A stretch of 63,970 bases of DNA, counting the filler, from Reticulomyxa filosa (lineage: Eukaryota; Protista; Foraminifera): the NCBI GenBank assembly GCA_000512085.1. It is 27 parts of 27 records of this genome, joined end to end, with 100 filler letters (N's around TTAATTAATTAA, not from the genome) between each part and the next. Parts side by side here need not be neighbours in the genome. Positions count along the whole stretch, not along the records: positions 10,521 to 12,594 come from ASPP01006270.1; positions 12,695 to 13,939 come from ASPP01027603.1; positions 14,040 to 18,536 come from ASPP01024012.1; positions 18,637 to 22,305 come from ASPP01019357.1; positions 22,406 to 23,804 come from ASPP01018960.1; 22 more parts are not named here. One strand, written 5' to 3'. The notes under the pieces were generated by a model. That model did not search any database, was not told where the DNA came from, and worked only from the letters and a program-made list of their open reading frames with translations. Below, piece after piece: positions 11,527-23,357 of this stretch; position 1 is the stretch's first letter; the number at the start of each line of letters is the position of its first letter. Position numbers and translations under genes: made by a program.

Positions 11527-12051
11527 TCAAACAATTGCTTTGAGCTTTAAAAGAATATTGTCAACGATATGATGGCTATCGGTGTTACCGCTTTCAATTT
11601 TTATATCGGCTAACTCATATATAGGATATCGCTCTTCTACCATCTGTTCTAAAATTAGCTTTTTATCACCAATATTTAAATCTGGTCGAGTATTTCTCCT
11701 TGAAACCCGATCGTGAATGATTTCTAAATCTGTATATAGCCAAACCGATATAGCCTTATCCTTAATTAGGTTTCTAATATTCTCATTGATAAAACTTCCT
11801 CCACCGGTTGATAAAATAATCGGTCCATAACGTAAGATTTCAGAGATAATTTTTTCTTCTTGCTGATGGAAATATTGCTCACCTTTGAAATCATATATAT
11901 CGACGATGCTTAGTCCTTCTCTCTCTTCAATAACTTGATCGCTATCATAAAATTGCATGTGCAATTTACGGGCCAGTTTTTTACCTATAGTGCTTTTACC
12001 TGTACCGATAATTCCAACTAATACAATGGGCTTTTCTACTCTTACTTTCAT
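11527..12051 (-). CDS. aroK: Shikimate kinase
   Basis: GIIGTGKSTIG P-loop, DSD, GE..F, STGGG, RP, ERYPIYE..AD. Confidence 0.93.
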   Translation of the reverse strand: MKVRVEKPIVLVGIIGTGKSTIGKKLARKLHMQFYDSDQVIEEREGLSIVDIYDFKGEQYFHQQEEKIISEILRYGPIILSTGGGSFINENIRNLIKDKAISVWLYTDLEIIHDRVSRRNTRPDLNIGDKKLILEQMVEERYPIYELADIKIESGNTDSHHIVDNILLKLKAIV

Positions 12052-12377
12052 ACTTTTTTACGTAATCTCTTTAAATTTTTATCTAAGTCAGTAATTAAAT
12101 CATATGGATTTTCTAATCCAATATGGATTCTTATGCAATATCCAGGGTATTTAAATTTTACTACAGTTCTATGCTTATTTATATCAAGTGGGATAATTAA
12201 CTCTTGTAACCACCCCATGATAAGCCAATTCTAAATAGTTTCAATGAATTGATGAAAGAAAATAATTCTTTTTTCTTACAATCTAAAACGAAAGAAAACG
12301 TACTGCTTGCTCCTCTAAAGTCTCTTTTCCAAATTGAATGTTGTTCTGAATTTGGTAAAGCTGGATATAAAACTTTT
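12048..12377 (-). pseudogene. metC: Cystathionine beta-lyase C-terminal remnant, cut by IS1, with a 1-nt frameshift
   Basis: KVLYPALPNSEQHSIWKRDFRGASSTFSFVL...LFRIGLSWGGYKS, shift near 12200, LIIP...CIRIHIGLENPYDLITDL. Its TGA overlaps the aroK ATG (ATGA). Absent from the ORF track. Confidence 0.88.
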
Positions 12378-12594
12378 GGGATTGCTAACGTTTAGATACA
12401 TGTTATATTAGGGGAGCCACTAGTATGGAGTGATAATGCATTGCAGGTTTTGTAATTCAGAAAGATATGTCAAGCATGGTTTAACAAGAGGTAAACAAAG
12501 GTTTTTATGCAAAAACTGCAATAAGCACTTTGTAGTTGATTTAGCAGGAAGGGGATATTCCGTAGATGTAAAAATACAAGCCTTGTTATTACTA
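12378..12594 (+). mobile_element. IS1-family left end with InsA-like zinc-ribbon N-terminus
   Basis: IR 12378-12401 GGGATTGCTAACGTTTAGATACAT matches the reverse complement of 10634-10657. ORF MHCRFCNSERYVKHG..GKQRFLCKNC..F is an IS1 zinc ribbon. Confidence 0.88.
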
Positions 12595-14039
12595 NNNNNN
12601 NNNNNNNNNNNNNNNNNNNNNNNNNNNNNNNNNNNNNNTTAATTAATTAANNNNNNNNNNNNNNNNNNNNNNNNNNNNNNNNNNNNNNNNNNNNAAAAAA
12701 AAAACAAAAATATCATTCATCTTAAAATAAATTTCATTTTTATCATGATAACTTTTCAATACTTGAATGGCTTATATATTTGTACAATAAAAAAGTGGAT
12801 AACAATTTATTTACTTATATTGATAATTTAAATGATATAACCAAAGAATTAATACAATTTTTAATTATTCAACAGTTATGTTTTAGATGGATACTGAAAC
12901 ACACACAAACAAATATTCATTTTTCTTATCAAAAAAAAAAAATATTTTTTAAAGATATCTTGAGATTATTTCATTTTCATCCAAATTTTATTAAAGAGTA
13001 ATCCACTCAAACTTTGACAAGTTTTTTGCTGGCGTGTCGACACAATATTGCATTCTGGCACCTATGTGATTGTGAATCGATTTCCGTTGTTCCAAAATCT
13101 GTTATCGAAATGGTTTTGAAACAAATTGAAAAAATAGAACGTGTCCAACTTCAACGAGGTTCTGACTTTACTCATTCTAAATAAACAAATTTTTTTTTAA
13201 AAAAAAAGAAGGACCTTCAAACTTTTCTTTTAAAAAAATTTCTTGCTTGTATTTGAATGGATGGATTGGACTATTGGGGAGAATATAGATTATACAATTC
13301 TGGAAAGAAAGAAATGGTTTGAACGCTCGAAACTCCAAAAATATTTGCGAGTGACGTCTCTGGCTATGCCTTCAAAAGAAATGCAAAACAAAGGGAGTGA
13401 CACACCATTTTTGATGTACTCCGAATACGAGGATAGAGCCATTGGAGGCAAGGTAGCCTCGGTGAATAGCAGCAAGACTCTAATCAGACTCCAAATATGA
13501 CGTGTCATTTGACTCTATTTACTTGCTGTTGGCTATGTTGGAATTAATGGCTAACCAGGTACACATGGTTCTCAAATCTCAATGCTGTAAGCCCCTAAAG
13601 ATCTTTTGACCAAATCATGTGGATATTGATACGGACAACATCAAGTCTGTGTTTGCAAAAAAAAATGAAATCACTGGTATTAAGATGCGGAATTAAATAA
13701 GTGACTTTTTCAAAAGATGACAAATGATTACTATATCGACAATTGCATATTTATTTAAAATACAAAAAAAGAAAAACTAATTTTGTTGTTTGCTTTGTTT
13801 AAGTTTAATCTTAATCTAACTTTCAATACTAATGTAAAATTGAAATCCAACAAAGAATCGTTTTTTCTAATGAAAACAAAAATTCGTTTTACTTAGCAGA
13901 AAAAATTACGATCAATAAAATATAACAATTTCAAGCCTANNNNNNNNNNNNNNNNNNNNNNNNNNNNNNNNNNNNNNNNNNNNTTAATTAATTAANNNNN
14001 NNNNNNNNNNNNNNNNNNNNNNNNNNNNNNNNNNNNNNN

Positions 14040-15571
14040 GTCCACATCAAGTCAAACTCGTCGAATCCACTCGTTACAACACCAAGCAATATTCTCCTCG
14101 TTACGTCTTTTTTTTTTTTTTTTTTTTTGTCTTCCAACATGCGCTTTGATGTTCTACTCCCCTTCCCCTTCCCCTTCTTCCTCTTATAACAAGTCGGTGT
14201 ACACAACACAATATAAAAAGGACCAAGCAACTATGGCAATGGAAATCATCCTCACAATCGCAATGCGAGCTGGTTCCAGCGCAGTAACACATTAGAGGTT
14301 AACGCGAAGTGCACATTTTGTTTATATATATATATATGATATATATATATATATATATCTCTCTCTCTGCGTCTCATTACATAGAGCTTTGCTCAAACAA
14401 CATAGGATCTGAAAATTCCACCGACGGAAGAAAAACTGGAAGGAGACAAGACGAACGGCAACACTGCACCTCAGACGCCGTCGGAAGAGGAAGAAAAGGA
14501 GGCTGCCAAGGGATCCGACAATAGTGCAGACTCAAAACCTGTCAATGGCAGCAGCAACAACACCGGTACAAATCCAAAGATACAATCGCCCACAAAAAAC
14601 AATGGAGATAAAACTTCCACAAAAGAACAAACGACAAATAAAAAAGATGGCGTGATGACTGCTACTCGCAACGGTGTTAAAACCACCTCACAAAACGGAG
14701 CTTCAAACAGAAGTCCACATACCGGCACTAAAATCACTCCCAAAACTGGTCTGATTAAGTCTACAGCAACAAGTACTTCACCTGCAAGAGTAAACGGGAC
14801 CGCTAAACCAAAAATTGTAAAACTTCCTTCAAACAAACCAGCCAAGTTTGTTTGTCGTTTACTAATTTCTAATTATTTTTTTTTAAAAAAAAAAAGGACG
14901 GAGGAACTGATTCCGTTTTTTTTTTATACGTGTAATATCTTCCCTTTTCAAATAAGTGTAAAAAAAAATGTACAAAACAAACAACGTAAAATAATTTGGA
15001 GGGCAGCTCAGAGGAAAGTGCGAATGTGAAATGGAGAGCACCGCGCGAGACTCAAGATCAATTTGCTTTCTCAGGAACACAACTACGCATTGATAGCACT
15101 TCGTGTTTGGCCAAAAACAATATTCAAGATGGCAATAGTGCATTTGGGTCTTTGGAGGTAACAAAAGACATGAAAGTAGAATGGACACTAAAAGTGATGC
15201 AAGGGGCACAAGTGGTAATTGGTGTCATGCAAACAGATGAATCTTTGAAAAAAAACAACACAAAGTATCGTAAATTATTAAACAATATATTTTGCACTGA
15301 TCGATCTGGTTACGGTTACTTTGGCAAAGACGGGGGAGTCATGAAAGGAGGCAAATATCGCAAATACGGAGCTCCTTACAAATCAGGGGACTCTGTTACT
15401 GTACTGTTGGACATGGTCACGAATCAACTTCAATTTGGCAAAGATTCCAAACCACAAGGCATTGCATTCTCCAATATTCCAACCGGTTGCTATCGATTGG
15501 CTGTAATGTTGCCCAAAAAAATGCACAAAGTCATCATTGAAAAAGTTCAAGTTTGGGAAATTGACAAATAA
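14040..15571 (+). CDS. SPRY/B30.2-domain protein with a low-complexity linker, 5' incomplete, multi-exon
   Basis: WTLKV..VVIGV..GYGYFGKDG..YGAPYKSGDSVTVLLDM..LQFGKD..QGIAFSNI..YRLAV is SPRY-like. Upstream exon about 14406-14845. Confidence 0.75.
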
Positions 15572-16060
15572 ATACTTTGTTGCTTCAATAATGCAAGAAA
15601 ACCAAAGCAAATCCTTTATTCTTTGCTTTGTTTGTCGTCCTTGAGTCTTGTTACAGTTTTGTTTTTTGTTTTGTTTGTTTTTTTCAAAAATTTTTTTAAT
15701 GTTTTTGTGAAAAATTTTTTAAGGTTCAGCTTGTGGAGTTGTTGAGTGTTATTTTTTTTTTCTCAAAAAAAAAAAAAAAAGGTTTTTCTCTGTACCTTTT
15801 GGATTCAGTGAAAAGTTGTGTTGAAATGATATTTTTGTGTAATTGGCAAACTGTACAATCAAAAAAAAAAAATTAAAATATATATGAGTCTATAAAACAT
15901 TACATTTTCAGACTCTTCGTTGAAAAAATAATTTTTCAACAAATTATCCATTTTTTAAATAATAACGGTCGCTGATCCGCATTTTTGACGAACTTTTTGT
16001 TTTCGAAAATTTGAATAAATTTTTCCCCTTGCCATAAAAAACATTCATTGAAAGCAAGCA

Positions 16061-17029
16061 ATGGGAGGCGACGGAGGCTCAATACCAGGAAGACGTGACT
16101 TAGTAAAGGAGCCAGGCAAAGTAGTAACAGCAGAAGACGTGACATATGGAGCAAGCAAAGATTGGAAATGGACTCACTGCAGTATTAGCAACAACAAATT
16201 GGAAATGCCAATAGTGTGCGATTATTTTGGTAACTTGTTCAACAAGGAAGTCGTCCTAACCCATTGGTACCACAAAACCCTGACAAGTGAATTCAAGCAT
16301 ATCGAAAAGTTTAAGTACGACGTGATAGCAATAAATAAAGATACATTGAAATGGAACACCGAACATAATACATTTGAATGTCCAATAACCAGCATCGTGG
16401 CCAATCACAAAAATCATAACTTTTATCTTATTCGCAAATGCGGCTGTGTCATGTCTCAAAAGGCATTGAGCATGTTATGTGGTGGAGGCGGAGAAGATGC
16501 GTGGATGGCAAATCTGCAAAAGTGTATTATTTGCGGTCGTGACATTGAAAACAAAACAGAAAATCCACTTTGGATTATTCCTTTGAATCCAAGTGGAAGT
16601 GAAAAAGCACGATTGTCAGAGCTGTGGAATCAACACAAAGACAAAATTCGTGCTATCATTAAACAAGAAAAACAGCCAATAAAACGAGCAAACAAAAACA
16701 GTAGTCACAATGATGACAATGAAGACAAGAATGAAAATGACAGTAAGGAAAAAGAAAAAAATGATGCTAATGACAACAGCAATCAATCCAAAAAATCTGA
16801 AAAACAAAACAAATCCAAATTAAAACAACAACTAAAAGCTGAATTGCTTAGACAAAAATTAGAAATTAATAAATCCGCTTTTGGAAAACGAAAATTTCCA
16901 GAAACGATTGACCGTGCTATTGAAAATAAAAAGAAAAAATCTAAAGTCTTTGCTTCACTTTTTACTGACAATCAAGATAATAATACCACTACTTATCATT
17001 TTTCGGGCGGTGGAAGTGGTGGTCTTTAA
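16061..17029 (+). CDS. RTF2: Replication termination factor 2 (Rtf2 RING-finger family)
   Basis: MGGDGGSIPGRRDLVK, W..CSIS..L..PIVCD..GNLFNKE, FECPIT, CGCVMSQKAL, C..CG, IIPLNP, SKVFASLFT. Confidence 0.92.
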   Translation: MGGDGGSIPGRRDLVKEPGKVVTAEDVTYGASKDWKWTHCSISNNKLEMPIVCDYFGNLFNKEVVLTHWYHKTLTSEFKHIEKFKYDVIAINKDTLKWNTEHNTFECPITSIVANHKNHNFYLIRKCGCVMSQKALSMLCGGGGEDAWMANLQKCIICGRDIENKTENPLWIIPLNPSGSEKARLSELWNQHKDKIRAIIKQEKQPIKRANKNSSHNDDNEDKNENDSKEKEKNDANDNSNQSKKSEKQNKSKLKQQLKAELLRQKLEINKSAFGKRKFPETIDRAIENKKKKSKVFASLFTDNQDNNTTTYHFSGGGSGGL

Positions 17030-18189
17030 TCTTTTTTTTTAACATCATCCAAAAATATCGCACTCCAATTTGCTGTTTCTTTTGTGCTTTGCATTCTCTT
17101 GCTAATAAGAATTGTTCTTGCAATGTTTCCATTTTACAAATCAATCTCTTCAAAAATAAATTTCTCTCACTTTTTTTTTATCATCTTCTTCCACTTTTAT
17201 TCAACAAGAAATTTTTTTGATATGGTTATTTATGCGTCCATTTTTCTATCCTTTGTTCATCTCTAAAATGCAATCTGTCATCAGACTTATTCAAATAAAG
17301 CAAATCCAAAATAGGGCATTGCACTAAATAATACAAAAGAAAAAAAATAAAATTATTTCAAAAAACGCCTAGTTGGTCGTTTGGTTTATAATTGTAAAGA
17401 AGTTTTATACAAAAGTCAAAAAAAATTTTGCTGAAAAAAGTTATTTTAAATAGTTTTCATAATTGCAACGATGAACTTCACAAGTTCTTTGTCGATTTCA
17501 TAATACCAAGAATCCTGCAAATTTTTACTCTTTGAATTCTATAAATGCTCTTTTTGTGATTCTGCTGCTCCGTTCCAGAATGCACATGCATATTTCAAAG
17601 ATAGCTTGATAATGTTGTGTATAGTAAATTATACTCAGACATACTTAAACGAATCACTTTATACGAGCACATGAATGTCAAAATATACTTATTCAATATT
17701 ATTTCCATTCAATTTTAATTTTATCTTTTGATATTTTCTTTTGTCCTCCAATATTTATTTAGATCTTGAACTGAATGCACAATATCATTTATTTACAATG
17801 GTAATAACAGTTGATAAATTATGATTTTGATACACCAAATTCGAATTTTCTTTCACTAGAATTGATTCAATTTAATATCACTTTATTCAAAAAGGACATC
17901 TTTACATCTCTTCATCCTGACGTGGATAAACATTAACTACATTTGCCTTCATAATGCATGAAATTTCTTTGATAGAATTGAAAAAAAAATACAATTTAAA
18001 TTAAATAAAAAAAACATACAATGTGCACAAGTTGTTGTTTTTATTGGCTCCGGGCCTTCTTGTTTACACATGAGCTTGTGTCCTTTCTTGTCGTTTCTCG
18101 ACCAGAATGCAAAGTAAAGTTAACACCTAAAACGGCATCTTATAGAGATAATTGACTTTCTTCATGAAAAAACAACATTCAACTTAATT

Positions 18190-18304
18190 TTTTTAAAATA
18201 TCTACAAATCGTATAGTTTTTAAATGTCATTTTGGTTTTTTATTAAATCTTTCATAATTGTTTAAAAAATTTGAATATTTTATTGATTTTTGAAAATTTT
18301 CGAG
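18190..18304 (+). repeat. Dispersed non-coding AT-rich repeat, second copy at about 18645-18752 in a different contig
   Basis: Both copies share aaaatatctacaaatc, ttttggttttttattaaatctttc, taattgttt and aattttcg. Confidence 0.7.
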
Positions 18305-19274
18305 AAAAAGTTGACAATCGTGACTGTGTCGTAACTATGAAATTTACCAACTTTTTTTAAGCATTTTCAGAACGTACTAAATGCGTAATTCTCTTTTTAA
18401 AAAATAAAAATGGTTATGTAGGGCAAGTCCATATATAAGTATCTGAACGTTAAGGGAATGGAGGAATCCCCAGTAGGTTAAACTTCATCAACAACCTACT
18501 TCTTACTTTCTTACTTTTCTTTTGTTATCTTGTTTTNNNNNNNNNNNNNNNNNNNNNNNNNNNNNNNNNNNNNNNNNNNNTTAATTAATTAANNNNNNNN
18601 NNNNNNNNNNNNNNNNNNNNNNNNNNNNNNNNNNNNTTTTTTTTTTGAAAAATATCTACAAATCTTGTAATTTTTAAACATGATTTTGGTTTTTTATTAA
18701 ATCTTTCCTAATTGTTTCAAAAATTTAAATAATTTTTTCGACAGAATTTTCGTTTTAATAAAGAATTGCTTACCCTTTCACTATTCATTAAAATGTTTGT
18801 ATGGTACATGCTTAAGGCCAACCTATTGATCTATTCTAAGTACACTGCATCTTTTTTCATCCTTAATACAACTTGAGCCTTACGATGTGAGAAAAATCCA
18901 TTCTTTAAAGGTATTAATATTCAAACAAAAATTTTTGAAAGTCTAACAATCCAAACATAAAAAAGCAAACCCATTGCCAGCCCAAAACAAAACCAAATTT
19001 ACAATTCTAAAATAAAGCTACGAATTCACTTATGTCTTCAACAATGTCAACCCCAATACCAGAAAGCCCCACAAACAAAATCCAAATATATGTAATATAG
19101 CAACGCAAACTATTTTAATCCAAGCCAAATATAAAACACAAAAAATTTGGAAAATGAAAACGAGAAAGAAAACGCAATAAATAACAACACAACAATCACC
19201 GATACATGCTTTGTGAAAGTGTCTATCTAGACTGTTTTTTCACAGCAAAAATTACAACACTTAAACAACTAAAT

Positions 19275-21113
19275 CTAATTTTTCTGCTTTTGAGGGCGAG
19301 GTTTGTACACTGTCCAATCTAAGCCTTTTGCTACGTTAGTGTTCCATGCATCGATCAAAGCTTTCTGCTCGTTGGTATTATTACAATCCGACAGCCATGG
19401 ATGATTCAGCGCAAATTCTGCGGAGGGTCTATGTTTATCGTCTACAGTCAACAAGCTGCGTATAAAATGGCAGCAAAGATTTGAGGGTTTTGAAGATTCG
19501 GGATATTTAAAAAATGCCTTTTTAATTTTTTCGACTAACAGTTTTTCTGATGAAGCATAAAAGCATCTCTTGCCCGTTACCATTTCGTACGTCAATACCT
19601 GGTATAATCACAACAACTTTTAAAGTGTTCAAACAAAAAAACGTTCTTTTCAGCAAAGAGATGACAAAAAACTTACCCCAACAGCCCACATATCGGACGC
19701 TTTGAGTTCCCTATTCATGAACAAAACATAAGCGCGATTCTTATGATGTGCTTTTATTTTTTATTTTTTTCTTTAAACAAAGTACCATCCATAATGTTGT
19801 CTCCATCGTTCAGGAGACAAATAACACTGTGTGCCCACCAATTCCTTATATACTCGCTGATCTTCTACCACAATTGCATCGCCGAAATCAATCAGCTTCG
19901 GATAATTTGATTCTTTATCCGTAAACACGACATTTTCTGGTTTGATATCTCGATGTACCTGAAAGTTGTTCCAGAGCGAGTAATGGAAAAACACAAACAA
20001 AAAGATCAACAGAAAAAAGTGAAAAGTGCTGTGTATATTGTACAGACCATATTGTTTTGATGCAATTCCTTGATCGTCTCAAGTAAATAGCGAACCACCT
20101 TTTTTGCAATGGGCTCAGCAATCTTGCCATTTGCTTTTATTCTTTCTATGGACATTCAACGTATGAACAAGCATTGATTTATGTTAACTGTAAAAGAAAT
20201 TAGCAAAAGAACTGAACTGAATAAATCTGTTACGCCGAGCTCATTCAAAACATAATAATAATCTTCATCAACAAACGCGTCGATGGTTCTAATCATTTCA
20301 AACCAAACAGTAATAGTCACAAAAAAAAAAGGGTATAAAAAGAATTCACACACCGAACAACGCCTTCCGATTTCAGCACACTTAAAAATTTGCATTCACC
20401 AGCAAAAAGTAAGTCAGAATAACTTTGCGTACGCTATTCATGCACAGCATACATATTACTACATGGACCAAACAGGTGAGTTTGTTTTATGCCAGTGCAA
20501 AATCACCACGGAATTTCGATAGTTTTTTTATAAAAACAAAAAAAAATATGACAATCACGAATTTAACTCGTAAGCGCTTCAACGCATATCTTTGGCCATC
20601 GGGAATGTATTTGACTTCAAATACACATGACGACATTCCTTCACCCAATGATCGAATCACTTTAAATAAACTCATGACATTCTTTCGAGCGTTCTGAGGC
20701 TTCACAAAATCAGCCACGATATCAGGAATGACCACGCATTCAGTATCCGATTCATCATCGCTCGACTTTCTATCATCAAACTCTCTCAGTACACTTAATT
20801 GCGATGACATGTTATCATTAGACGAATTCTCATTGATTTTCAGTTGTGGATGTTTAATGATCGAATCATCAACATCAACTGAGGACACTGAGATCATTAC
20901 GCTGTTCGTTGCCACAAATGATGATTCTGGAGTTTCGGCACTGCCACCATGAACTTGTTCCACGGTTATACTAATTTTTTGGGCTTGAGAAGCAATCTTT
21001 TGTGTTTTACTCGCTCTATCCTCATTTCTCTCTGGATTGGAAGGAATCGCACTTTTCACAAATGATTGTTGTTTCATTACACTTGAATGATCTTTTGTTT
21101 TTGTATTACCCAT
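19275..21113 (-). CDS. Ser/Thr protein kinase (CAMK group), multi-exon, N-myristoylation-like start
   Basis: MGNTKTK; GEGMSSCV; YALKRL; HRDIKPEN; DFG; GTQCYLSPE; DMWAVG; RPSAEFALNHPW, spread over exons. Confidence 0.9.
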
Positions 21114-21585
21114 TTATCCAAGAAAAGGAACCACTTACTTTTTTTGTAAAAACGCAAACAAGCGGTACAACTTAGTTTTGCACAGAAAAAAAATTCCCAT
21201 ATCGAAATATTTAGTTGCTGTAGTGAAATCTAGTACGATTTTTAACGATTGTTTTAAAATCTGGATTTTAAACAGACCAAACACTATAATTAGTTGATTT
21301 TAAAAGAATAATAAAAATTTTCTGAGCAGATCACTTAATAAAATTAATATATGTACCAAAGCAAATCGTAAATTGGGTTACATTCCATGGCATTTGGTAT
21401 CTTTATGAAGAAAGGTGCCAGAGGAAAAAGGACTTGAATTCGGCTCCATTCCCCTTCGACACTTTCTAAATAAGTCTCAGCAATAATATGGCAGAGAATT
21501 TTGAACTGGGACTTCTGGGTTTGTGCAAATTTTTGCTTGTTTTTACAGTCATGTCAAAATCTCTTGTACAAAAGTAAAACACAAA

Positions 21586-22190
21586 ATGCCCAACGTTTCA
21601 GCACTACTCGCAGCGCAGTTAGCAGGAGGTAACGTTGAAGAGTCATTGTATGTTGAATGTCCATGTGGGGCGAAATTGGGTCGTGTGCTCCCTCGACGAG
21701 TGTACGGCGCAACAGCGAGCGTTCTTTGTGATAAATGCAACGAAAATATTGACCCTCAGCAGCCATGTTACCACTGTCGACGTGGAAGAAACTTGGCCCA
21801 TTCTTCTGGTTATGACATGTATGACTCATGTGCAGTTAAATTTTTTAATGAAAACGAAAACAACACCGAGAGAAGGTGTTCATAAAAAGGGATTCAAAAT
21901 TTTTTATTCAATTTTTCCGTGGCTTTAATTGTTCTTTCTGCACAGCAAAGAAAAGCCGAAGAACAAGCAAAAAGGGACGAAGAAAATGCTCCAAATTTAC
22001 CAGGTATGATCGAATATATTTTTTTTTGGAAAAAATATTATTTTGTAAAATGGACGTGCTTTAGACCCATTGAAGTTTGTTCGATGTCGCTGTGGTAGTC
22101 GTATGGACTTTATTCCCGTTCGTTTGAAATATCGTGCACCTTGCAAATATGACGAATGTGTGGATGCAGTACCCCGATTATTTACTTGAC
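21586..22190 (+). CDS. ZZ-like zinc-finger repeat protein, possibly degenerate
   Basis: CPCGAKL..CDKC..CYHC..HSSGYDMYDSC, then a second unit CRCGSRMDF..CKYDEC. Confidence 0.45.
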
Positions 22191-22405
22191 TTGGAGATTT
22201 CTAAAATGTAAACAAAAAAATTTGAAAATTTATTAATTTTAATAAAAGTGCAAATGATACGCATTATAGCAGAATTTTAAAAAATCATTTGAAAGAATGT
22301 TGATTNNNNNNNNNNNNNNNNNNNNNNNNNNNNNNNNNNNNNNNNNNNNTTAATTAATTAANNNNNNNNNNNNNNNNNNNNNNNNNNNNNNNNNNNNNNN
22401 NNNNN

Positions 22406-22790
22406 AAATGAATTATTAAATACAATATTATCTGGATCAAATGATAAAACTGTTTGTTTGTGGGATATTCGATCTAGTCAACAAATTCAAGTGTTCAATG
22501 GACATACAGATACTGTATGGTCTGTTGAATATTCACCACTTGTAATAAAGAATAATATTGGTAATTCGAATGTGATATGTTCTGGATCATTGGATAATAC
22601 AATTCGTTTTTGGGATATTCGATCAAGTAAAAATCAATTGTATATGATCAAAGGAAATGAGAAAGAAAATGATGGAATATTATGTCTCAAATTTATGGCA
22701 TTGAAAAAGAAAAAGGAAACAAAAGATATCAAATATGATTTGAATTTGTGTTATTGTTCATTGAAAGGTTATATTCGTATTTGGGGATAA
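22406..22790 (+). CDS. WD40-repeat protein, 3' end
   Basis: ILSGSNDKTVCLWDIRS, FNGHTDTVWSVEYSP, CSGSLDNTIRFWDIRS, IRIWG*. Confidence 0.9.
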
Positions 22791-23357
22791 TTGAATGTTT
22801 TGTTGAACAAGAAATGAAAGTGTTTTTGTTTGAAAAATTTGATTAAAAGAAAAGTAAGATTATATTAAATTTATTTGATTTGATTGAGCACACCGAAAGA
22901 TGTGTTTTATCTTACTTTGTTGTTTAAAAAAATTATTTTTTTTAAGCATTGAAAAACATAATAAATAAAAACTACACTTTGAAAAGAATTAGATTGTATT
23001 TTTGTGATTTTTTATAAAGTTTTATTAAAATCAATAGTGAGTGAGAACGAATTTATGACTTTGATGAAATGATTTCTGAAAATGTTAAGTAATTTAACAA
23101 TATAATGTTCACCTTAGTCTAAAGCATTTAAAGAAATGAAAGTTCTATATAAATATTCCAATTACATAATGAAAGAATGCATTTGAATTATGACAACAGA
23201 GTTGATAAGTTTTCATTTGGCCTTTTCTTTTACATAAACACAAAAAAACTTCTTTCTGTCCCCTCCGTTCGTAAAAAAATACTTCAACTAAAAAAAAAAA
23301 TCCCATAAAATTAATAGCATTGAAAGGCACTAAAGGACTTTGAAAGCTGAGAAAAAG

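Noticed and set aside
8377-12694. Bacterial island integrated in the eukaryotic chromosome
   Set aside because: The bacterial contigs are bounded by artificial spacers; no sequence joins them to host DNA.
12695-13939. Fragmentary ORFs (also 30462-32624, 58540-59357, 62192-63280)
   Set aside because: They look like decayed coding or retroelement DNA, but I cannot assign a family.
17280-18150. Possible minus-strand gene relic
   Set aside because: No consistent frame or nameable motif.
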